Made by a program: the position numbers and the translations under genes. Positions 1-11,569 of a stretch of 64,000 nt of DNA are shown here, piece after piece; positions within the stretch are counted from its first letter, which is position 1, and every line of letters begins with the position of its first letter. The notes under the pieces are model-generated. The model saw nothing but the letters and a program-made list of their open reading frames with translations, ran no database searches and was not told where the DNA came from. This DNA comes from Felis catus (Eukaryota). The stretch is from the NCBI RefSeq assembly GCF_018350175.1, contig NC_058383.1, forward strand, positions 17,982,001-18,046,000, written 5' to 3'.

Positions 1-867
1 CACTGAGGACGGTCGCCGAATTACTCAGGCAGCCCTAAAATGGTTAGAGGAGAATGCCCCGGCTGGGACACTAGACCCCCAGGCCTACGCTCGGGCTCAC
101 TTCCCTGGGGAGGGACCCAGCGACCCAAATGACTCAAGTATAGGTAGAGGGTTTGCAAGGACTGAATGATATCAAGAAGCCCTTCTAAATGGCAAAAAGA
201 AGGCAGGGCGGGGGTGGGTGGGGGAAGGCCATAAATATGAGTAAAACATCAGAAGTGCTCCAGGGACCCGAGGAAAGCCCGAGCCAGTTTTATGAGAGAC
301 TATGTGAGGCATTTCGTCTCTACACTCCCTTCGATGCAGAAGCACCTGCCAACCAGCAGATGATTAATGCGGCTTTCGTAGGTCAGGCCCAGGGGGACAT
401 TCGGCGCAAGCTGCAAAAACCAGAAGGCTTCACTGGCATGAACATCTGTCAGTTGCTAGAAGTAGCAACCCAGTTGTTTGTTAACCGTGACCAGGTGGCA
501 CGGAAGAAAGAACGCGGAAGGATGCAAAAACAGGCAGACTTGTTAGCTGCCCCTTGATGGGGCAGTTGAAACACCCCCGGAAGAGTTCCCCACAGGGAAA
601 AGGGCCAAGGCCAGAAAGGGGAGCGGCAGGGAGGAGGGTCTTGCCCCGGACCAAAATCAGGGTGGAATCAGTGTGCTTCCTGCTGTCAGGAGGGCCACTG
701 GAACAGTGAGTGCCCCCAGCGACCTGGTAATTCTCAGCAAGGCCCCAGGCAGAAAGAAAAAAGCCCCTGTGGTCTAGGGCTGGTACCAACCAGCATCATG
801 GCCTCATGGGGCCCCCAAAGATGATTTTGTGAGGATAGCCGCCATAGAGGACTACGAGGGGGACTAG
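1..867 (+). pseudogene. gag: ERV gag, capsid C-terminus and nucleocapsid (disrupted)
   Basis: ORF 189-557 has the major homology region QGPEESPSQFYERLCEAFRLYTP. The same frame gives the zinc knuckle CASCCQEGHWNSEC (672-713). Premature TGA at 555-557; natural gag TAG at 865-867. Confidence 0.92.
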
Positions 868-3800
868 GACAGACCGGGCTCTGTTTGGTTAGGCCCCCAG
901 GAGCCCATGGTCCGAATGAATGTGGGGGGCCGACCCACTGACTTTATGGTAGATACTGGAGCAGAACACTCAGTAGTGACCCGACCCGTGGGCCCCCTCT
1001 TGCAGAGACAGCCACCATCGTGGGGGCCACAGGCAGTCCGACATGCCGTCCCTTCCTGTTGCCTCGGCAATGCAATTTACGTGGCCATGAAGTCATCATG
1101 AATTCCTGTACCTCCCTGACTGCCCCGTGGCTCTAATGGGCCGTGACCTATTGGGAAAAGCTGCAGGCCCAGGTAGCTTTCAGCTCTCGGGGACAGACTG
1201 CTCTGACCCTACTGAAACCAGATGCAAAGATTTTGACTCTCACGATTCCCCAAGGGAAGGAGTGGCGTCTCTGCAGTCTCAAGGCAAAACCACAGCCGGT
1301 GCCCGAGCTTCCCTTTAAGGTCCCAGGATCGTGGGCTGAAGACAACCCACCAGGAGTCAGTCCAAAACATACCTCCAGTGGTTGTGGAATTAAAGTCCGG
1401 GCAGAGCCCACCTGCCAGAGACGATACTTCATCCCTCGCAAGGCACAGGTCAGGATCCAAAAACACCTGGAGAGACTTTTATTATTATTTTTTAAAATTA
1501 AAAAAATTTTTTTTAACGTTTATTTATTTTTGAGACAGAGAGAGACAGAGCATGAACGGGGGAGGGGCAGAGAGAGAAGGAGACACAGAATCCGAAACAG
1601 GCTCCAGGCTCTGAGCTGTCAGCACAGAGCCCGACAGGGGGCTTGAACTCACAGACCGCGAGATCATGACCTGAGCTGAAGTCGGACGTTTAACCGACTG
1701 AGCCACCCAGGCGCCCCACCTGGAGAGACTTTTAAAGTATGGGATCCTCCAGCCATGACACTGGCCTTGGAACATGCCCCTCTTGCCTGTCCATAGCCTG
1801 ACATAGACAACTACCGGCCGGTTCAGGATCTGTGAGCAGTAAACCAGGTAACTGTCACCATACACCCGGTGGTCCCAAACCCCTATACATTTTGGGGGCT
1901 CATTCCTGCTGAAGCCACCTGCTTCACCTGTTGGGACCTTCAGGATGCCTTTTTCTGCATCTGTCTGGCCCCCAGAGCTAATTGATCTTTGCCTTCCACT
2001 GGGAGGATCCTGAAAATGGTGACAAGGGCCAATTAACTTGGATCAGGTTGCCTCAGGGGTTCAAAAACTCCCCAGCCATTTTTGGCACTGCATTAGCCTC
2101 TGACTTAAAAGCCTTCCCAGGGGATCAGTATGGCTGTGTCCTGCTTCAGTACGTGGATACTTTGGTGCCGGCTGGGAGGTCCCGGAAGGGCTGCATGGAA
2201 GGGACTCAGCAGCTCCTTAGCCTCCCATGGAAAACCGGTTACAAGTTCTCTGTAAATCTGTCAGGAAAAGGTTAAGTATCTCGGCTTCCACCTGTCCCAC
2301 GGGCAGTGCCAACTCAGCCCAGAGAGGAAGCAGGCCATTTGTTCAATCCCGGCCCGACAACCCGGGTTCGAGAGTTTCTCGGGGCTGCAGGTTTCTGTAG
2401 GATCTGGATACCTAACTTTTCAGTCCTGGCAAAACCCCTCTATAAGACTACAAAGCAGGGAGAGAGAGAACCCCTGAGGTGGGAATCAGTACAGCAAAAG
2501 GCCTTTGAGGAAATAAAGCGAGCCGTTACTAATGCGCCTGGGTTAGGGCTCCCAGACATGACCAAGCCTTTCTTTCCGTATGTCCATGAGCGCAGTGGTA
2601 TTGCAGTGGGAGTCCTAACTCAGATGTTGGGATCATGGCATCACCCGGTGGCATATCTCTCCAAGCGACTTGACTCTGTGGCCCAAGGTTGGTCCCCCTG
2701 CCTATGGGCGCTGGCAGCCACAGCCCTCTTAGTGTCTGAGGCTGACAAGTTAACTATGGGACAGGAATTGACAGTCCGGTTGCCACATTCAGTATTGACG
2801 TTAATGGAGTACAATGGACAATACTGGCTAACCAACGCCAGGATGGTCAGATATCAGGGAATGTGATGTGAGAACCCAGAAGTACTGTGGGCCCTGAACT
2901 CTGCAACCCTATTTCCTGCTGGGCCAGGCCAGCCAGACCATGCGTGTATTGAAGTCATGGATGAGGTGTTCTCCAGCTGACCAGACTTGAGGGATCAGCC
3001 CCTCAAAGACCCCAACACTGAATATTTCACTGATGGTAGCAGTTTTGTGAAGAGGGGAGAGCGTCTTGCAGGTTATTCTGTGGTGACCCTGAACTCTGTC
3101 ATTGAAGCGGAGACCCTGCCGAAGGGGACTTCGGCACAAAAGGCAGAGCTCATTGGTCTAACCCGAGCCCTCCAACTGGCAGCAGGGATACATGTTAATA
3201 TATACACAGACTCTAAATATGCCTTCACCACCCTCCACGTACCTGGGGCCTTATACAAGGAGAAGGGTCTGATAAACTCCGGAGGAAAGGACATAAAATA
3301 TGGTAAGGAAGTCCTTGAACTCTTAGACGCTCTGTGGGCCCCTAAAAGTGTGGCAGTCATGCATCGCCAGGGACACCAAAGGGGAGACACCGCGGCTGCA
3401 CGGGGAAGCCGTAAGGCAGACTGAGAGGCAAAGCAAAATCAGCAGCTTTAACCGCTGCACTGTTCCCCAACCCACTGGCAGAATGGGACCCTAATTACTC
3501 ACATCATGAAAGTACTTGGTTTAAGACTGAAAATGGAAACTACCCCCTCCCCCCCCCCCCCCCCCCACACAGAGGCGGATGGTGAAGATCTGAAGACAGC
3601 GAAGTAGCAATTCCTGAGACCTTGGCGCCAGCCTTTGTTAAACAGTTCCATCAGGAAACTCACATTGGCAGGACAGCCTTTGAAACAGCGTTAAGCCGGT
3701 ATTTCTACCTCCCTCCACTCTCCAGCATAGCCCGGGCGCTTTGTGAGCATTGTGAAACCCGCACCCGGAATAACCCACATCAGGGAGCCCAGGCCGCTCC

Positions 3801-4603
3801 TGGGGTGCAGAGTGTCGGGGCAGCCCCATTTGAAAATGTGATGGTGGACTTCACTGAGCTCCCCTGGGATCCGGGTTGTAAATACCTGTTGGTCTTTGCA
3901 CTTTCTCAGGTTGGGAGGAAGCTTTCCCTACTTGAACAGGAAAGGCGCACGGGGTGGCCCGACTTCTTCTAACGGAAGTTATCCCACGATTTGGGATCCC
4001 TGTCACTCTGGGTTCAGATAACGGGCCAGCACTCGTGGCTGAGGTGGTGCAGCTGGTGGCAAAGGACTTAAGATCTCCTGGAAGTTACACGCGGCATACC
4101 GACCCCAGAGCTCCGGGAAGGTGGAACGAATGAACCCAACCCTGAGGCTACAATTAAGTACGCTGTGCCAAGAAACCCACCTGCACCGGGACCAGGTGTT
4201 GCCAACAGCCTCGTTAAGAATCAGGCGCAGCCGCACGAAGCAAACAGGGCTTTCCCCCTCATGAAATCCTTTATGGGCACCCTCCCTCAATTATCAAGGG
4301 CATAGCGGGGATTTAAAGGAAATGGGCAGGTTAACCCTGAGGCGGCAGGTGCGGGCCCTGGGCTCTACTCTAAGCACCCTACACCGATGGGTTAAAGAGC
4401 GATGGCCTGTGAGTCTGACCACAGATCGTCACTCCTTTGAGCCAGGAGATGCTGTATGGGTAAAGGAGTGGAAAGTCCAGCCACTCAAACCCCTTTGGAG
4501 GGACCTGTTCACTGTCATTGTGTCCACCCCTACTGCAGTAAAAGTAGCCGAGGTGGGTCCCCGGATTCACCACGGCAGAGTGAAGCCGGACTCCCGGGAC
4601 TGA
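868..4603 (+). pseudogene. pol: ERV pro-pol (protease, RT, RNase H, integrase), disrupted by stops, frameshifts and a SINE
   Basis: FMVDTGAEHS; LTWIRLPQGFKNSP; LQYVDT (YxDD motif mutated); FLGAAGFCRIWIP; YFTDGSS, SAQKAEL and IYTDSKYAF; integrase [27 protein letters not shown]; terminal TGA at 4601-4603. Confidence 0.95.
1482..1717 (-). mobile_element. Feline Can-SINE inserted in ERV pol
   Basis: Full SINE flanked by the 17-bp TSD ACCTGGAGAGACTTTTA (1465-1481 and 1718-1734). Confidence 0.95.
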
Positions 4604-4935
4604 TCCATCCACGCCGCGCAAGCTGACCACCCGGAAGAAGCAATCCGCAACGCCGGGGATTCCAGCGGGGGACCGCTGCCCTGCTTTAGTCACTCCGGAA
4701 GCTGACCAATCTACACACAGCAGAAGCTTGAGGAATTGCCGGTCCGGTGAAATAAATAGACTGTCCTTGTTTTCTATGTCTGTCTTCTTACCGTGATGCA
4801 CTGCCACCCCTTGTCTCTCACTGTTATTGTAATTTTTGCCCTACTTCTTGCTATCGGATTGGCGAAGGTTGCCCCAGCTGGCTGAAAATGTGGCAAGAGG
4901 TTGCTGTCAGTACTCACTTTCCTCTTGTGGGCAGG

Positions 4936-7050
4936 ATGCTTTGTTGGTATTTGTTGCTTTCAATCTGGACCCTGTTTATGAATCTAGATCTCTCATCGTG
5001 TGACCCATGTATTCGCATAACCAGGTCAGGCCAGGGAGTCACCTGGACCTTACCATACCATACCATACCCACTTCTCACGCCAGGCAAAGACCCTGGTGC
5101 CCTGCATACACAGTAAGACCCCCTATTCCATCTGCCAATGGGGGAGTCAATACACTTGCTTTGTGTCAGTACCCCAATGCTCCCCAGATGAAGACTGCTT
5201 AGAAGTCCGATCTTACCAGGAAGTGGGGGGTCTTGATCAGCTGGACACAGATCACTAACCCCAAGCGTCTGGTGTCAATATTGTTTGATGTATGTGCAGT
5301 TATAGGTATTGGCCCGGAGGCATCTGTTGGACGAGAAAAGCGGGCACTTGTCATGGAGGGCCCAAGGACTGTTGATATGCCATGTGGAGGCTTGGATTGG
5401 GAGCGAAAATACCGACTCAGTGACAAATGCACGTGTGAGGAAAACGGTGTATGTGCCTGCACACCTGAGTTTTTATGCCCCAGTTGGAGCTGTGTCTCAT
5501 GGGCTACTTGGGGGGGGAAAAAAAAGGCACAACAGCGCTCCTTCAGGAGGGAGCTGCTACATCAGGTTGTCAATCAAAAGCCTGTAACCCTGTTAATTTC
5601 ACCATCATTAACCCAGGAGACTACACGTGGCAATGGGGCGCCCGAATTGGCGTCCGAGTCTATGGGTGTGGCAGACACCCAGGGACTGTGCTATATTTCA
5701 AGAGGGTCACTACCACCCATCCAACCACGTCCCGTCAAGTCTTCCACTCCTTCTCTGAAGAAATAAGTAGTCCCCCTCCCATTTCAGTCCCAGCAAGGAA
5801 CTTGTTTCTAGTCCTGGCAGAGACTAGAGCCCGGACCTTAAAGATCTCTTCATGCCGTGTATGTGGGGGAACCAACCTGGGGATCAATGGCCATGGGAGG
5901 CCAGGGAATTAGATCCCCCCGAGCCTTATAATGGAACAAAATACCCCAGTTCCACTACCGGGGTTTGGCTCCTCAAAACCTCAATCATTGGGAAGAACTG
6001 TCTTGCCCGATGGGGGAAAAGGTCCACCATCCCTGTTGGAAGCTTAACATGCCTAGGCCAAAGGTTTTATAATTCAACCACCTGGGAAACCCAACGGTGG
6101 GGGTCCCCCGGTCACATTGAGCCAGACCCTCACCCCTTGTTTAACTTGTCTCATCTCCGAGAGGCTTGGGACAACATTGATGCAGCCATCGAATGGCAGG
6201 CCCCAGGTGGGCTATACGGGGTATGTGGGAAAAGAGCCTCTATGGTATTTCCTTCAGGTTGGTCAGGGTCATGTGTGCTAGGGACTATCCGTCCATCTTT
6301 CTTCCTACTCCCATTGCAGGAGGAGAACATCTGAGAGTTCAAATGTACGGAGATAGGCTCGAAGAAAGTGAAGTACCTTGCAAATTGGCAAATGGAAAGA
6401 TGATGAGTGGCCTCTTGAGCATATAATCCAATATTATGGCCCTGCCACCGGGGCAGAGGACGGGTCCGGGGGCTACCGCACTCCCATTTACATGCTAAAC
6501 CGTATGATTAGACTGCGAGCAGTTGTAGAAATTATAACCAATGACGGGGCGCCTGGGGGCTCAGTCAGTTAAATGTCCAACTTCGGCTCTGGTCATGATC
6601 TCGCGGTTCATGGGTTCGAGGCCCGCGTCTGGCTCTGTGCTGACAGCTTAGAGTCTGGAGCCTGCTTTGCATTCTGTGTCTCCCTCTCTCTGCCTCCTCC
6701 TCCGCTCATACTCTGTGTCTCTCTCAACAACTGGTGCCCACAGACAGATGATGAGGAAAAAGTCATGGAGGAGATCACAGATCGAATGAGAAAGGTTGCT
6801 TATGTCCCCTGTCCAGAACTGGAAAGGTGAAAACCCCAGGGAAAGGTGAAAATCAACTCTCGGAGGATGCAAAACCTTCATGGGAATGATCCTCCTAATT
6901 TTGGGAGGGTGCTGGATCTTACCCTGCTTCGTCCCCTTGGTTGTACGGTCCATCTCCAGTCTCATTGAGGCCATGGTTGAAAGAAAGACGGCCACTCATG
7001 TAATGATGTTCTGGAAATACAAACCTCTAAACCAAGATGATGCTCTTTGA
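4936..7050 (+). pseudogene. env: ERV env, ERV3/HERV-R-like, frameshifted, with SINE insertion and TM-subunit deletion
   Basis: Signal peptide MLCWYLLLSIWTLF followed by CDPC. Motifs [44 protein letters not shown] and [10 protein letters not shown] match recalled ERV3 env. Membrane anchor MILLILGGCWILPCFVPLVV; ends KYKPLNQDDAL-stop. Confidence 0.9.
6546..6727 (+). mobile_element. Feline Can-SINE in ERV env, lacking tail and 3' TSD
   Basis: GGGGCGCCTGGG head through the (CT)n region, joined directly to env sequence. Confidence 0.9.
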
Positions 7051-7086
7051 CTCGAAATGGAGGGGTCCGAGCATCAAAGAGGGGAA

Positions 7087-7404
7087 TGTGGTAGGGTCCC
7101 CTCCTCAAGGAGGGAGAAAAAAGGGAGAGAAAGCTTCAGGGTAACCTGGCTATGCACCTACGTGATGCCATCACTCATGACCTTGTAAACTGAGACTACT
7201 TGATGAGACTGCATGTTTGTGTGTGTTATACCATATATGGGAGACAAAGAAATAGAAAATGTATAAAAAACTATGCCACGTGGCGTTCGGTGCTCAGTTC
7301 TTTCGTGTACGAACCCAACTGAGTGGTGCCGGCAGGAATAAAATTGCTTCCTGGAAATTAAAAAGCCTCGGTGTCACAGCTCTCTGTGCGAGAATCCTGC
7401 TACA
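7087..7404 (+). mobile_element. 3' LTR of the provirus (318 bp)
   Basis: Polypurine tract AAAGAGGGGAA at 7076-7086; starts TGTGGTAG and ends CTGCTACA (imperfect inverted termini); TATAAAA at 7262 and AATAAA at 7337. Confidence 0.9.
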
Positions 7405-9773
7405 AACCAACTGAGCCACCCAGGCACTCCTCAAGAGTCAGACACTGAACCCACGAAGCCACCCACGCACCCCTAACGATTTTTAAGTGTATAATCCAGC
7501 AGCATTAAGTACGTGGACAGTGTTGTATATCTGCTATTATCCATTTCCAGATGTTCTTTATGATACATTGTCTCAACAGAAACTCTGTACCTATTAAACA
7601 ACAACGTACCATTCCTCCCTTCCCCCAGCTCCTGATAGCCTCTGCTTTTTCTGTCTCTATGAATTTGTATATTCTAGGTGCCTCATAGAAATGGAGTCAT
7701 ACAATATTTTTCCTTTTGTGTCTAGCTTCTTTCACTTAGCATAATGTTTTGAAGGTTCATCCATGCATATTGCATTAGGTATCAGAACTTCATTCCCCAC
7801 CCCCTTTTTTTTGGGGGGGGGGTGGGAAGAGAGAGAGAGAGAATCTTAAGCAGACCCCATTCCCAGTGTGGAGCCCATGCGGGGCTTGATCTCATGAACC
7901 ATGAGATCATGACCTGAGCCAAAATCAAGAGTTGGGTGCTTAGCCAACTGAACCACCCAGTGCCCCAGAACTTCATTCCTTTAAAAAACATAAATTCTGG
8001 GGCACCTAGGTGACTTGACCGGTTAAGCATCCGACTTTAGCTCAGGTCACGACCTCACGGGTCATGGGTTCGAGCCCCACGTCGGGCTCTGCACTGATTT
8101 GCAGAGCCTGCTTGCGATTCTCTCTCCCTCTGTGGCCATCCCTGACTCGCACTTTCTCTCACTCTCAAATAAAATAAATAAACTTAAAACATGAAAATAA
8201 ATTTAAAAACATAATTTCAGTGCACCTGGGCGGCTCAGTTGGTTAAGGACAGACAGACTCTTGATTTCAGCCCAGGTCATGAGCTCATGGTTCATGAGTT
8301 CGAGCCCCATGTCAGGCTCTGCGCTGACAGCATGGAGCCCTCTTGGGATTCTCTCTCTCTGCTCCTCCTCTGCTCACTGCCTTCTTCTTTCTCTCTGTCA
8401 AAATAAATGAACATTAAAAAAATAATAAAATAAATAATTTCTATCCTCTTACCAAGATGATCTATTTTGTCACAATTTCCTTTGAGTTTTTTTTTTTAAT
8501 TTTTTTTTTCAACGTTTATTTATTTTTTTGGGACAGAGAGAGACAGAGCATGAACGGGGGAGGGGCAGAGAGAGAGCGAGACACAGAATCGGAAACAGGC
8601 TCCAGGCTCTGAGCCATCAGCCCAGAGCCTGACGCGGGGCTCGAACTCACGGACCGCGAGATCGTGACCTGGCTGAAGTCGGAGGCTTAACCGACTGCGC
8701 CACCCAGGCGCCCTGCTTTGAGTTTTTTTTTAATTTTAGTTCTTTGACCATATTTATCATATTTATAATAGCTGCTTTCAAAGTCTTTGCTAAATGCTAA
8801 ATGGCTTTATCTTCAAAGATGCTGAATGCATCTGGGGACACTTAGAGGCAGGGGGGGGTCTATTTGTTTTCCCAGAGTTTAGACTGCATTCTGATGCCCC
8901 CTACAGGTCGGTGTTGTCATTGGTTTTTGTTTGTTTTTCTTTGTTTAATAATTTGCTTCTGCTTGATCTGTGAAATCTGCCTCACCCATGGTGGATAGCC
9001 ACTGATGTCTCTGCCCCATTTAAAATAATTCTTGCTTTGGGGTGCCTGGGTGGTTCAGTCAGTTAAGCGTCCGACTTAGGCTCAGGTCACAATCTCGTGG
9101 TTGGTGAGTTCCAGCCCCGCTTCAGGCTCTCTGAGGACAGCTTGGAGCCTGGAGCCTGCTTCGGATTCTGTGTCTCCCTCTCTCTCTGCCCCTCCCCCCC
9201 CCCCCCTCTCTCTCTGTCTCAAAAATAAATAAACATTGAAAATTGTTAAAATAATTCTTGCTTTTATTTTTAAGCCTGGATTCCCAGAAATACCCCTGTC
9301 TGTGTAGCTTAATGGTCAGCGAATTATTGGACAGCGGTTGTACTCAGTCACGCTGAGCCAGTGAGAATTCTGTCCTCTGCCAGTGGATCTATGGGTGGGT
9401 AGGAGAGTACAAAGTTCAGGCTGTTTTCAAGTTGACCATAGCTTTGCTTTCCCCTGGGCCCTTCTGGGCCTTCTCTGTGCATACAGCCCCAGGGTTTTAG
9501 CCAAGAATGTACGGGTAACAGGTAACGTGGGCTCTCCCTGCTGCACATGCACACAGCTTTAGCTGGGAAGAGGCTCCCTTCAACCACAACCACAACATCA
9601 GGCTAATAGATGTTAGTTTGTCACCGAGCTGGCCGCTTCCTCTGGCGATATCCCTGGACATGAACATCATCCATGTGTCCCAATCAAATAAACCCCCTTC
9701 AGCAGTGGAACTGCCAGTCCTCAAGGCCCACCCCCACCCCGGCAGAACTTCTGCACCTCCCGAGCTGCCAATG

Positions 9774-9815
<42 letters not shown>

Positions 9816-11344
9816 AGCCCCAGTCGAGAACACCACCGACTCCCGGGGTTCTAACTCAAAGTTGAGCGGGGTTCTCAGATTGTGGTATGCCTTTGGTGGA
9901 TCTCAGGGAAGCGACTGTTTTGTTTACCTCGTCCGGCTTTATAGGTGAGTTGGGGGAGAGGACTTGCTGACCTCCTCACTCAACCATAGGTGGAAATCTC
10001 TTTTAAATACTTTGAACTTTGTCCTGGGAAAGAGTTCTATTACTTGGCCAAGAAGTTTGGAGGGTTTGAATGCCTTGGAAACACTTGGAGCCTTCCAAGG
10101 CTTGCCTTTACGTGTTAAGTGGGACCAGAATAGCCTTCGGCCTGGGGTTAACGTGGCCCCACAGCTGAGGCTATGCCCTTCTGAGTCCTCTACTAGATGT
10201 CTGTGCGTTTGGTGATCTTTTCACGATGGCTGGTGGGACCATGAGCCACTTCCACCGTGCGCGAGCCCCGGGGACTGTTTGCTCAGTACTCAGATGAAGC
10301 CTTGTGGCAACCGAGCTCTGCTGGTATCTAGAATTCTCTCCTCTCATCTCTCCGGCCTGTGGATCCTCCCTATAGAACTCTGTCTCCTCACTTCAGGGAG
10401 ACTGCTGGAGTCTATTTGGGTCCCCTCTTCTTGCGCTCTAGGACTCTCCAACCTGCACTGCCGGCTGTCCAGTGACCGAAAGTTCTTTCTTCTTGTTTAA
10501 GGTAGGCAGGTGTACCTGGCACTTTTTACTTCATTCTGGTCAGAAGCCCCGGTCAGGCTTTCTGATTCCACGATGCTGTGCCCCAACCCCATCCCATCTT
10601 GTGCCCCAGTATCAGTGGCAGTAGAGACAGTGAGCAGACTCCGGTTTTCCACAAATGTACCCGAAGTCCTCCAGGGAGGTCAGCAGAGGGCACTATTCTC
10701 TGTCTTCAAGAGCAGTGTGGCGAGAGGCAGGCTAGGGAGAGCAGGGTGGCAGAAAGAGCCTGGCTGTCAATGTCCCAGGGCTTCCTGTGAACCTATTGCC
10801 ACCAGCTAATCTGGGATCCATGAGAAGGCTGGACACGTGACATCTACCTGGAGCCCACTAGAGATGTCCAAACTTCCAAATTTATTAAACACTAATGATG
10901 TGCACTTAGACTCGAGGCTAAGTTTTATTTACTTATTTTTAAAGGTTTATTTATTTATTTTGAGAGAGAGCTTGAGTGGGGAAGGGCAGAGATCAAGGGA
11001 GAGAATGAGAAGCCCAAGCAGGCTCCATAGAGCCTGACATGGGACTCGAACTCACGAACCGTGAAATCATGACCTGAGCTAAAATCAGGAGTTGGACGCT
11101 TAACCAACTGAGCCCCCCAGGTGACCCTAGGCTAAGTTTTATATACACGATGCCTACATGATATACATGCTATTTACATGATGTCATGGGATGAGGTATA
11201 CTATTGTTCTCCAGGTGTAAACCTTTCAGTACCTGGAAAGTGAGGCCGTCCGGAGTTTCCTAAAGGAGAAGCCAGAGTGACTGGCATGGGGAATACTGGA
11301 GGGATGTCTTGGACCGGCGGCCCTTTACAGAACTATTTCATATC

Positions 11345-11569
11345 GGGGCGCCTGGGTGGCTCAGTCGGTTGAGCGGCCGACTTCGGCTCGGATCACGATC
11401 TCGCGGTGCGTGAGTTTGAGCCCCGCATCGGGCTCTGTGCTGACAGCTCGGAGCCCGGAGCCTGTTTCAGATTCTGTGTCTCCTTCTCTCTCTGACCTTC
11501 CCCTGTTCATGCTCTGTCTCTCTCTGGCTCAAAGATAAATAAACGTTAAAAAAAAATTAAAAAATAAAA
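11345..11569 (+). mobile_element. Feline Can-SINE with intact TSD
   Basis: TSD AGAACTATTTCATATC at 11329-11344 and 11570-11585. Confidence 0.92.

Larger units (their letters stand above)
1..7404 (+). mobile_element. Defective class I (gamma-like) endogenous retrovirus, ERV3/HERV-R-like; 5' end lies outside the window
   Basis: Collinear gag (MHR, CCHC), pro (DTGA), RT (LPQGFKNSP), RNase H, integrase, env, polypurine tract and TG...CA LTR, with many stops and frameshifts. Confidence 0.97.

Noticed and set aside
3543..3566. Poly-C run inside ERV pol (other C runs near 59320, 60436 and 60798)
   Set aside because: Homopolymer slippage, or uncertain length from sequencing; no evidence of function.
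4936..7050. env as a domesticated syncytin-like gene
   Set aside because: It has multiple frameshifts, a stop at the furin site, a SINE insertion and loss of the immunosuppressive domain, so no long ORF remains.
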